A stretch of DNA of 64,000 nt from a virus, in the IMG/VR virus record IMGVR_UViG_3300007541_000018, positions 3,076 to 67,075 of that record, one strand, 5' to 3'. The position numbers and the translations under genes are program-made. The notes beneath the pieces are model-generated. The model saw only the letters and a list, made by a program, of their open reading frames with translations. It was not told the origin of the DNA and made no database searches. The number at the start of each line of letters is the position of its first letter. Positions within the stretch are counted from its first letter, which is position 1. This document shows, piece by piece, positions 26,340 to 35,400 of this stretch.

Positions 26340-27208
26340 CAGCCTGTAGTAAACATTGGAGGTTCTTCAATCTCTGACATAAGCTCTTGTCTGAGAAGGT
26401 CTTTTTCCTGTTGAGCCTGTTGCATGAGAAGTTGGCCGTTCATTTGCGTTCCTCCACCAGGACCAGGAACGATTGTAAACTTGCCTCTTACTTGACCTAG
26501 AATTTCTTTTGCACAAGCAGTCGCATATCTTTGTACCCAGCTTCTAAGTTTAGGGCTTAATGTGGCAGAGTTGAGACCTCTGTACTCAACTATGGCATAG
26601 TCTGATACGCTAGGTACTGGGTAGATTTGTAGGAATTGTCCATCTAATATATCAAACCCCCCTTCCTGACCAAGGATTCTTCTAGTAGTTTCCATGGTGG
26701 ACTGAAGTAGATAGAAATCACCTATACCAAAGCCCTCTAGGAAGTTACCACCTCCTTGGAACCAACTAAGAAGGAAGTCGAACTCTAGAGTGCCTGCCTG
26801 AGCCTGTAATGCTAGAAGGTTCTTCTTGTAGGTTAGGTAGGTTATATTTCTGATGATGTATTGAGGAAGTTTATAGACTCCGACTCTAGCTGTTGTTTCA
26901 AAAACTGCCATCTGTCGAGTAAGGTGAGGAGCATGATACTCTAACTCAGTGATTGCTTGATCTATGCAAACCTTAAACTGATGATCAACTAGTTCTACTC
27001 TAACCACAGGGTGACCTAGTGAGGCAAGCATATAGTCTCTAATTTGCTCCTCTATATCACTAAACTCTACAATGTCAGATAACTTAGTTTTGTTTAAGTT
27101 ATCGACATCTATTTCTCCGTATGGTTTGTGGTCCCCTATGTTCTGGCTCGCCACATTTGTAAAACTATTTCCATAAATTGAAACATTAGGACTTACTATC
27201 GTTGCCAT
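26339..27208 (-). CDS. gp13: Neck protein (T4 gp13-like)
   Basis: LASLGHPVVRVEL...CIDQA and WVQRYATACAKEILGQVRGKF..VPGPGG..MNGQ.L motifs. Confidence 0.9.
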   Translation of the reverse strand: MATIVSPNVSIYGNSFTNVASQNIGDHKPYGEIDVDNLNKTKLSDIVEFSDIEEQIRDYMLASLGHPVVRVELVDHQFKVCIDQAITELEYHAPHLTRQMAVFETTARVGVYKLPQYIIRNITYLTYKKNLLALQAQAGTLEFDFLLSWFQGGGNFLEGFGIGDFYLLQSTMETTRRILGQEGGFDILDGQFLQIYPVPSVSDYAIVEYRGLNSATLSPKLRSWVQRYATACAKEILGQVRGKFTIVPGPGGGTQMNGQLLMQQAQQEKDLLRQELMSEIEEPPMFTTG

Positions 27209-27392
27209 CAGACTTATTCCTCCTAGCTCTTCTTGGAGCTTTAGTAACTTTCTTAGGTGTTACTATTTTTTTAAGATGCGTATAGAATAGCTCATCAGCA
27301 GATTCTATCACTTGATTAGGTTTCACATGCATAATTTTCCCATCAACTAGAATGAGCATGGTGAATCTACAAATACTTCTATACTTATGCAT
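27186..27392 (-). CDS. Small basic hypothetical late protein
   Basis: 68-aa ORF between the capsid terminator and gp13. TATATA lies 7 nt upstream; it resembles the 7006-7182 product. Confidence 0.65.
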   Translation of the reverse strand: MHKYRSICRFTMLILVDGKIMHVKPNQVIESADELFYTHLKKIVTPKKVTKAPRRARRNKSDGNDSKS

Positions 27393-27417
27393 CTGCTTAT
27401 ATATAGCCTTCTAATAA

Positions 27418-27459
27418 TAAAAGAAAAGCACTCTCCAAAAGAAGAGTGCTTTTCTTTTA
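27418..27459. terminator. Intrinsic terminator after the major capsid gene (potentially bidirectional)
   Basis: Perfect 17-bp inverted repeat TAAAAGAAAAGCACTCT-8 nt loop-AGAGTGCTTTTCTTTTA with U-tracts on both strands. Confidence 0.9.
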
Positions 27460-27473
27460 CTTAATCACCTCTA

Positions 27474-29024
27474 TCAGATGTTTTTACCAGCGATTTTCTG
27501 GAAGGGGCTGTAGAGACCAGAGGGGCCGACAATGCGGATCACGCGATAGAATCGGCTGGTTGGTGCTATAGCTACCTTACCGTAACGGGTAAGGATACCC
27601 TTCCTGGGCTGGAAGCTCTCAGGATCGGTGATGGTGGGTAGAGCCTGGAATGGGATGTAAGGTGCGTAGATGAAACCACCGTCCATGGTGGAACCGCCCT
27701 TGTAACCCATGAGGATCTCACCCTCGGGGTAAAGAGGATCAACAAAGAGATCGTAGCGACCCATGAACTTACCACGGAACTGGATGGTGCCAGGACCGAA
27801 GTTAGTGGGGCCATCGGCCCTCTCGATACCACCCTGGAGGCGAGCAGCGGACTCAAGAAGAGTAGCTACTGCGGGGGCGCAAATGATCCAGTTACCAGCA
27901 CCACGCTGGGTGGTGGTGTAGATGTCCTGTGAGGCGAAGTTGATTACAGCAAGAAGGTTGCTGTAGACATCGCCAATATGACGAGGAGCGAAGTTAAGGC
28001 CACTGGCAGTGAGGTCAACAAGCCAGATGTTCTTGTTGCCACCAACAGCGGTAGTAACGCCTGGAAGGCCAAGGTCACCACCGGAGAAGTCGAACTGGAA
28101 CTGGCCGAAGTTGGAGTCACCGTTCACACCGTTGAAGTCCATGACATTGGTCTTCTTGTTGTGCTGATCAAGCATTGCGTAGTCGAATATACCAGCCTGA
28201 CCGGAGATGTCGTAGGCGATGCCACGAAGATCTTCGATAAGCTCACGGTCTACCTCAAGGCGAATCTCTTTGCCAAGAAGGTCGGTAAGCTCACGCTCTA
28301 GGTCAAGGTTGTGGTAAGCCTTAAGATCCTGAGAAGCCTCAAGAGTCCAAAGGGCACGCATCTTCTTGGTACGAGCAATAACAGGTGACTGCTCGATCTG
28401 AAGGCTGACCTCTGGAATATCGGTTCCAGCAAGGCGCTCACCAGCAGAAACTGACCAACCATGACCGTTAGTAGCATTAGGCCACTTAGCAATTAGTTGG
28501 TTGTAGTTGACAGCATTGGCATCAAAACCAGCGGCATCGCCACCTAACTGTCCAGAAAGAGCGTGAACAGCCATACTGGAAGTAGCGGAGGCGGCGTAGG
28601 TCGCAGCAAGATCAAGATCAATGCTAGAAGAATCAGTGAACTCGCCAGTACGGCCACCACGGTAGGTAAGCTGATACTTGCTGTATAGAGTTTGACGATC
28701 TGCGCCGTAAGATCTAGCAGAACCAAGGTAGAAGACCTGTGATACAGGGCCGCTCATGGGCTGAACGCTAACAAGGTTGTTGGCGATAAGCTCAGGGAAG
28801 ACTCTACGAACGAGAGGGAAGGCAAATTTTTGGAAAGTGCCAAGTTGACCGACAGTGGTTGTACCCATTCCGACAGCCGCCTCATCAACGCGCTCGGTAG
28901 CCTTTAATTGGTTTTCAAGAAGCTGTGCAGTAACACGCTTCGTATAATCATTTTCGATGCCATCAAGAGCAGGACCCCACTTGGAGACTAGCTCATCAGA
29001 TGCACCCATTTCCATGATATCCAT
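27474..29024 (-). CDS. gp23: Major capsid protein (T4 gp23-like)
   Basis: LVSKW.P.L, TAQLLENQ, PLVRRVFPELIA..LVSVQPMSGP, WTLEASQDLKAYH.LD.E.EL, GFIYAPYIP and DPESFQPRKGILTRYG. AGGAG RBS upstream. Confidence 0.98.
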   Translation of the reverse strand: MDIMEMGASDELVSKWGPALDGIENDYTKRVTAQLLENQLKATERVDEAAVGMGTTTVGQLGTFQKFAFPLVRRVFPELIANNLVSVQPMSGPVSQVFYLGSARSYGADRQTLYSKYQLTYRGGRTGEFTDSSSIDLDLAATYAASATSSMAVHALSGQLGGDAAGFDANAVNYNQLIAKWPNATNGHGWSVSAGERLAGTDIPEVSLQIEQSPVIARTKKMRALWTLEASQDLKAYHNLDLERELTDLLGKEIRLEVDRELIEDLRGIAYDISGQAGIFDYAMLDQHNKKTNVMDFNGVNGDSNFGQFQFDFSGGDLGLPGVTTAVGGNKNIWLVDLTASGLNFAPRHIGDVYSNLLAVINFASQDIYTTTQRGAGNWIICAPAVATLLESAARLQGGIERADGPTNFGPGTIQFRGKFMGRYDLFVDPLYPEGEILMGYKGGSTMDGGFIYAPYIPFQALPTITDPESFQPRKGILTRYGKVAIAPTSRFYRVIRIVGPSGLYSPFQKIAGKNI

Positions 29025-29048
29025 AGTAAGTACTCCTAAAATTTAAGC

Positions 29049-29669
29049 TCAACGCATTAGTTTGAGCATTTCTTCGGTCAAGAAGGCGTTTCCAAGTGAT
29101 TCAATTTCTTCCTCGACCTCTTCGTCCACATTGTTAGTAATAACTACAGCCTGCTCTGTAGACTCAAACAGGGTAGCTTCCTTTTCAGCCTCTAGATATT
29201 GAACACTCTCAGTTAGAGTAGCAACCTCAGTGTCACGCTTGGCGACCTGAGCCTCTAGAAGTTGTACTTTGTCTAATAATCTCTTCTGCTCCTTTAGAGC
29301 TAGAGAAAGTTCACTGGCAAGAACTTCGTTATCTTCAGCAACTTCCGTAGCCTCAGACAATCTTTTTTCGCTCTCTGCATCAATATACTCTGGGCGATAT
29401 TCAATTGCCATGTAACCCATAAGCTCACGGAACTTGGCTGCGTCACGATAAATTGCGCTAGACTCATGAAGCTCCTCAAGGGCTGCTTCTTGAATCTGCT
29501 GACGCTTCATTGAAAGATAAGCATAAACCTTATCAGTAAGAGCTTCGACTTCCTCTTGGACTCTAGTCTCAACCATCTCTCTCATAGCTTCTGCTAGTTG
29601 AGATACAGTCTCCTCTGAGATACCTTCAGGAAGTAGGTCTGCGATGTTGTCAGTCTTGTTTTCATCCAT
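29049..29669 (-). CDS. gp22: Prohead core scaffold protein (T4 gp22-like)
   Basis: Acidic coiled-coil protein between the protease and capsid genes, with LTDKVYAYL and many L-X-E sites. Confidence 0.75.
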   Translation of the reverse strand: MDENKTDNIADLLPEGISEETVSQLAEAMREMVETRVQEEVEALTDKVYAYLSMKRQQIQEAALEELHESSAIYRDAAKFRELMGYMAIEYRPEYIDAESEKRLSEATEVAEDNEVLASELSLALKEQKRLLDKVQLLEAQVAKRDTEVATLTESVQYLEAEKEATLFESTEQAVVITNNVDEEVEEEIESLGNAFLTEEMLKLMR

Positions 29670-29683
29670 GATTGTACTCCAAT

Positions 29684-29705
29684 CTATTGTTATCTATATG
29701 ATTAT
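29684..29705 (-). promoter_or_regulatory. Putative late promoter (ATAATCATA-TAGATAACAATAG) for scaffold and capsid genes
   Basis: Near-identical to the element at 32000-32023. Confidence 0.6.
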
Positions 29706-29726
29706 TATACAGTTATTCGTTTTTTA

Positions 29727-30803
29727 CTATCTTTTTCTTGCTCGCTCGGCCTGCTTGTTCCGCAGCATTCCACTGTATCGTCCTGGCTTTTTAGTAGCCA
29801 GCGTATCAGGTTTCATGAAAGAATCTGGTTTGACACCCTGCTTTCTAAGTGCGCCCTCACCTTCCTTTCTTCCAAGCTTCTTCACTGCCGTTAAATCCTG
29901 AGGAGAAGCCATGCCAGTTGTCTTTTGAATCGCCTTCTGAACTCTTGCTAATCTCTTAACTCCGCGAGAGCCTTCTCGTAAAAGAAGATCTCCTATGCGA
30001 GCGAACACTGAGGACTCTTTTTTCATAGTCTTCTTCATTTTCTTACCCATGGCAGAGGCTATTGCGTTTCTTCTGTTCTTAAGATACCCATCAGTGCTAT
30101 CAACTTTACCATCGTTGTTGACATCCTTATCCTCTTTTCCAACAGGGTCAAGCTTCTTACCCTTCTTAGCCTTCTTAGCCTTCTTCTTTTTCTTACCTTC
30201 GTTGAGTCTTTCTTCTAGAAGAACTGTGAAGACTTTCTCTGCTGCGACCTTAGGAATAAGGCTTTCGCAAATCTCATTAGCAAGGGCTACGCTAGACTCA
30301 GAAAGGCCAGGGTATGCGCCACGGGTGCTTGGATCAGCAACAAGGTCCCAGGTGATGAGGCGGAAGTCCTCGTTGACATACTTTTTACCATCAGCTTCCT
30401 CAGATAGTGTGCCCATACCGCGAGAAGAAATCCCTACCTGAACTCCTCCCTTAATTAGAGCTTGGGCAACCTTACCCATAGGAGTGTCAAGAATTTCAGC
30501 CTCACCAATAAGCTCATTGCCATTCATCTCAAGTTTGGTGATAAGGTGAGATACCTGAGACAACTTAACGCTATCGTGTTGAGGGTGATCAAGCTCACCT
30601 ACTAAGCGACGATTCTTAATTGATTCACTTAGCTTAGTCATCTCTCTTTCGAGAAGAGGCTTTCTGTAAACTCTTCCGTTGTTATTCTCCTCGTTGGCTC
30701 TTTGAAAGACCCCTCGAATCTTCATAACCTTACCATGATCCTTATCCTCATTAAGGATCTGTAGTCGTTCTACAATAAAAACATCTTCAATTAGGTTGCT
30801 CAT
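29727..30803 (-). CDS. gp21: Prohead protease (T4 gp21-like) with a long basic C-terminal extension
   Basis: IRGVFQRA...NNNGRVY, GELDHP, VSHLI, ILDTPMG, GISSRGMGTL and DLVADPS motifs. Confidence 0.95.
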   Translation of the reverse strand: MSNLIEDVFIVERLQILNEDKDHGKVMKIRGVFQRANEENNNGRVYRKPLLEREMTKLSESIKNRRLVGELDHPQHDSVKLSQVSHLITKLEMNGNELIGEAEILDTPMGKVAQALIKGGVQVGISSRGMGTLSEEADGKKYVNEDFRLITWDLVADPSTRGAYPGLSESSVALANEICESLIPKVAAEKVFTVLLEERLNEGKKKKKAKKAKKGKKLDPVGKEDKDVNNDGKVDSTDGYLKNRRNAIASAMGKKMKKTMKKESSVFARIGDLLLREGSRGVKRLARVQKAIQKTTGMASPQDLTAVKKLGRKEGEGALRKQGVKPDSFMKPDTLATKKPGRYSGMLRNKQAERARKR

Positions 30804-31183
30804 TTCTTGTCCTTTTTGGTTTCAACATCAGAACCTGAACCAGTTCCGTATTTCTTTCTAAGCCTTTTGGAAACGCCTTCAACATCTTCCTTAGATGCTC
30901 CAGGTGTAGTATGCTCGCTGCCAGCAGTAAAGCCTTTGGCCGTTTTACCACCAGTAGTTTGTTGCTTGCTCTTTCCCCACTTTTGTTTAGTGGTTACATA
31001 TCTTCTTCCTGACCCCTCAGTAGACCAAACAGCACCCACCTTAGTTTTACGAAGAGCTTGCATTATAGATCTATAAACTTTTACAGTCCCTTTAAGGGAT
31101 TTAGACTTAGTTCTAGATCTATATGATCCTCTCTCACCAGTCTTACCCTCATTTAGACTTTTTATTACATCTACAAGGTCCAT
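30800..31183 (-). CDS. Basic protein of the head module, probable internal/core protein
   Basis: K/R-rich after an N-terminal SLNE|G site; translationally coupled to gp21 (ATGA overlap). Confidence 0.55.
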   Translation of the reverse strand: MDLVDVIKSLNEGKTGERGSYRSRTKSKSLKGTVKVYRSIMQALRKTKVGAVWSTEGSGRRYVTTKQKWGKSKQQTTGGKTAKGFTAGSEHTTPGASKEDVEGVSKRLRKKYGTGSGSDVETKKDKK

Positions 31184-31553
31184 TGCACTTCCTACAGTTT
31201 AGTTTGAGTTTTCTCTGAACTCCCGTCCCCAGGTTCCCTACAGAGGTCATACCCATTGAAGCCATTTCAGCCATCAACTCTTTTAACTTAGCAGAGGTAG
31301 CTAAAAACTCTTCCTTGAGTTCCTGTTTTCTTTTCTCTAGAATTTCCTGTTCATCTACCTTCTTAGGTTGTGGCTTGGAAATTCCAAAGGATTGCTCAAG
31401 AATTATATTTCTTTGAGCCTGTGACACCTCTATTTCTGAAATGTCAACTTGATTATTTTGGGTTTTCTTAACAGAAGAGGTTGAGGACTGTTGCTCCATC
31501 ATAGACAGAGCAAAGTCCCCAATCCCCATTCCTGAATCGTTAAGAGATCCCAT
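31149..31553 (-). CDS. Probable prohead core protein
   Basis: Lies in the head operon; coiled-coil middle and C-terminal CRKCNGPCRC. Confidence 0.5.
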   Translation of the reverse strand: MGSLNDSGMGIGDFALSMMEQQSSTSSVKKTQNNQVDISEIEVSQAQRNIILEQSFGISKPQPKKVDEQEILEKRKQELKEEFLATSAKLKELMAEMASMGMTSVGNLGTGVQRKLKLNCRKCNGPCRCNKKSK

Positions 31554-31561
31554 GTTTAAAA

Positions 31562-31975
31562 TCAGTAAGGTTTCTTAGAAGGCTTAGCCTTCTTCTTAGC
31601 AGGAACCATCTTGGGCTTTTCTTCAACCATCTTGGACTCATCGTCGCAGGAAGCTTTCTCTTCGATGGCTTCGGCCTCGTCATCATCGTCTTCTTCCTCT
31701 GCCTCCTCTAGAAGGCCAGCCTCAGTAAGGGCTTCGATGAAATCATGGGCGTGCTCAAGAAGGCGCTCGTCAGTGATAGCTTCCTCTAAAAGAGCGTGGC
31801 AGAGAGGGCAGGCGTGGCCTTCCTCTAAACCTTCTTCAAGAAGCTCCTCAGTCTCCTGAGCGGCTTCCTCGATGACCTCCTGTGCGGGGGCTTCTACAGA
31901 CTCGTTTAGTTTGATGCCTGCTTTGTTCCAAGCACCTGCGCCAAGTACGGCTTCTCTTAATTGATCTCGATTCAT
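31562..31975 (-). CDS. Acidic prohead core protein (positionally gp67/gp68-like)
   Basis: Very E-rich with many L/I-X-E sites and a CPLC motif. Strong AGGAGA RBS and capsid-like GC-rich codons. Confidence 0.6.
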   Translation of the reverse strand: MNRDQLREAVLGAGAWNKAGIKLNESVEAPAQEVIEEAAQETEELLEEGLEEGHACPLCHALLEEAITDERLLEHAHDFIEALTEAGLLEEAEEEDDDDEAEAIEEKASCDDESKMVEEKPKMVPAKKKAKPSKKPY

Positions 31976-31999
31976 TTTATTCTCCTGACGGTATTCCGT

Positions 32000-32023
32000 C
32001 TATTGGTATTTATGTATGATTAT
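32000..32023 (-). promoter_or_regulatory. Putative late promoter (ATAATCATACATAAATACCAATAG) for the prohead operon
   Basis: Contains ATAAATA (T4 late consensus is TATAAATA). It is followed by the small hairpin GACGG-AATA-CCGTC (31987-32000) and then the RBS. Confidence 0.65.
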
Positions 32024-32049
32024 ACTCTATGCAAGATTATTTTTAATTT

Positions 32050-32412
32050 TCACAACCCAATATAAACAAATACAGAGGCGATTCCTAAAGGATCTACAGG
32101 CTGTGATTTATGTGTCGTTAGATGACCAGAAGCCCTGGCTTGACCTATACCATGTGCCATCCCTGTAGGGAACTCTACAGCAATGTTAGGATTACCCACA
32201 GCAGGGTGAGCAGGAGGAAATACAGGTGGCAGTGGATGAACCAGTCCTGTAGGTAATGGGGCCGGGTTAGGAGCCGCTATCAGAACTTTAGCCATAGGTA
32301 TACCTTGAACAAAAACATTTAAAGCGCACTCCGCAGGCGTAAGAGGGGCGAGTGGGAGGTTTGGTGGAACTGGAATTGGAGTAAGATCTCCTAATGTCGC
32401 TGTAGGTATCAT
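32050..32412 (-). CDS. PAAR-like spike-tip protein
   Basis: ATLGD...NVFVQGIPMAKV...GNPNIAV...GH...GIASVFV; 120 aa, Pro-rich, with several His as potential metal ligands. Confidence 0.6.
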   Translation of the reverse strand: MIPTATLGDLTPIPVPPNLPLAPLTPAECALNVFVQGIPMAKVLIAAPNPAPLPTGLVHPLPPVFPPAHPAVGNPNIAVEFPTGMAHGIGQARASGHLTTHKSQPVDPLGIASVFVYIGL

Positions 32413-35400
32413 GTTAATATGGGTCCGTCAGGAATATCAGGATCTATGGTAATCTTTCTTTTAGTAACAACAGGTTTCACAAACTCATCAATTGTATTTA
32501 TATCTTGAGGAGGCACATTTGTTAGTCTAGGAAGCTCTGAGTTTATAATCTCACTTGGAGTAGGCGTACCTGCAAGGAATTTTCCTCTAAGAGCATTGAA
32601 CTCTTTTACCTCATAAGATTTTATGGCATTTTTTACATCTAAGTCCATTCTCTGATAAACAGTTCCCCAAGCCATAGTCTTAGTATCTTGATCAATATAT
32701 TCTCCTTCGTCTATGGCTTCTCTTATAGCTGACATAAATTTTCTAAATGCAGAAGGTCTTCTAGGTAGAGGTTCAGATTCGTTTACATAAGGTTTTACTC
32801 TTGTGGATATATCATTTATATTGGTTGAAGCTTCTACACCACCAACTCTTGAAGTATTCCTATCTACATCTTCGCCTAGCTCTGGTAACGATATAGTTGC
32901 TCCAGGAGGAGTCCACCTTCCATACTTGGTAGAAGTATTCTCTATAAGATTGAACATGGGTACGGTCACTTCCCTGGTGCTGTAGTCTACTGACCTAGAT
33001 CCTACTGATTTAATTGTTCTTCTAATATCATCTGTAGGAATTATCACCATATAGAATGGTATTCTTCTAGGTATTGTTGGGAAATCTTCTTCATAACCTA
33101 TGAAGGAGTCGAACGATATGTCCTTGAATTCTGCTGTTATTGATTTTCTTTTTTCCAGGTGATCTAGGAAGGGATCCTCATGATCTAAGTATACGGTTAA
33201 GTAAGGCCATGGCTTAAACTTAATCCATTCATCCATTACAGCAAAATCCTGTTCCCACCTGTAAGTACATAGAGTTTTTCTTATAAGAGGCTTGTCCCTA
33301 TTTAAATCTTCTATCTCATCTAGATCAAGTTTCATATAATAAGCATCTTGTCTAGGAGCGGATAGGTCAGCCTCTTCTTCAATTCTAGCTATTGGTACTG
33401 AAGTCGCTGTGAGCTTAGTGGAGTACTTGTCCCCTAAAAGAGATACCGCCTTAGCTGCATCAACAAGATCCAACATAACGGCCTTTGCAATATCAGAAAA
33501 TACTCCTGCGTATCCTGGAGTTCCATCACGCTTTGTGTATAGCCAGAAGTCTCCATCTAATATACTTTTTGTTTCAATACCCCCACTTGCCTCAAAGAAC
33601 CATTGATCTTGTATAGATACTGGGTGCTCTAATGCGGTTCCGTCCCTTTCAACAAGCAATATATGCTTGTTTAAATCAGGGGCTAGAGTCTTCCATACTC
33701 GCATACGGTCTCTAGTTTTCTCACTTAAATACTTATCGTAATACAAAGGCTTTGCCTTCTCATCAATAATGGATAACACATTATTTTCAGATGCAATGCC
33801 TTTAGGGAATGAGTTGTATATGTTTTCACCATGATTAGATATAGATCTTATATCCCCTAGAGTAATCTCATGCAAACGGTTAAGCCTGATTAAATATATA
33901 AGCTTATCTAGAATAACTCCCGTTATGGAGTTACCTGCGGTATCAGTAGCTTTTTGTATTATTTTTCTAGCTTCAGGATTCAAGCTCTGTAAAAGGTTTG
34001 CTTGATTTATATCATCGTAGGCCGCGTCTGGGACGGTCCTATTGGTAGTGAACCCTTCTAGTGCGTAGTATAGACTTACATGGATATGAGATCCTAACAA
34101 GTTCTGGTGATACCCTGGATTTATTATTGGTGTGAATGTTCTAGATCGACCACTTAAACCAAATCTTCTAGTGTCTGCTAAAGTATCAAATACCTTATCA
34201 TTTCTTCTAAGACCTTTAAGCCTTTCCGTGTATGTATTAACTTCTTTATAAGAAAATGTACCTTGAGCAACAGAGGTGTTCAACCCATATGTTCTTAACT
34301 GCCCTGTACATTGTGAAGGACAAGAGTTACCTGCTATTCCTAGAATGCTTGTAGGACTTCCATTTATGTCTAGAGTAAATCGTATTTGAGTTCCTTCTGC
34401 TGGACATTCTGAGAAAGGATCAAAGTTCAAATCAGTTATATCTCTTAGAAGAACAAAAGTCCTTACGCAAGTATTGGTCTCATCACAATAAGCTACTGGA
34501 CAATATTCAGGACCGTTTACAGGAGGATCGGTTATATCTGGTTCTGAAGTACTGCACAGGGTTGTAAATGGAGGTAGCTTACGAGCTATGTCTATAAGTA
34601 AAACTTCTATAGCGCCCACAGGCTCGTTATCACAGCAGTTTCTGTCTACACTAATTTTAAAGAATGCTCCGGGCTGCTCTAAAGCCTCAGGTCCTATTAG
34701 AATATTGCCTGTGTCTATGCTGAATGCTATGTTAGCATTACTCTCAAAGGAAAGATCAAAATCCTCAGAAAGTGCGGCTATGGCTGCTGCATCAGCACAC
34801 TGTATTTGAACAGAATCACCCTCACAATAATATATAGGAATTCCTGAATCAGGCTGACCATTAGCGTCAAAAGGATACTGTGATGCTATTGTGTTTACTG
34901 CACCCCCCGTACTAGGATCTCCTGAATCAGGCTTACAGCATTCAGTATTTGCATAACACTCGTCTTCTGTAAGGAATGTACCTTCAGGTATATCGTCAAA
35001 ATCGCATGAAGGATTAGTTAAAGAAGTTACACATAGGCAAGTGTCGCCTCCTGGGCTTGAACTTTTATTACACGACCACACTGTCTTAGATGTTTCTACA
35101 CAACAACGCTCTGCTGTCCTACATCCTGCTGCGTCTGGGTAAACCTGAGTTCCGTCTGGAAGAACATTACCTGGGCCTATTGTAGCTGGATCAACTATCT
35201 TTAAAGTACAACCATCATTAGCAGGGTCCTCACAATAGAAGACCCCTGACCCGTCTGGGTCTCCCTGCTCACACTTATTATTACAGTTAGGATCACGATA
35301 CCATCCCTGTGCTGGTATTAAGTGATCGCATATAGTTGGTGGTTGAGGGTCCTGTGTGTTTCCAAAACTTGTGGGAGGGAACACCCATTTTTGTATGGGT

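Noticed and set aside
29995-30441. Long antisense and nested ORFs (also 2755-3168, 15192-15617, 30807-31076, 56148-56546, 27572-27856 and similar)
   Set aside because: They lack RBS/promoter support and have S/L/F-biased compositions typical of shadows of real genes.
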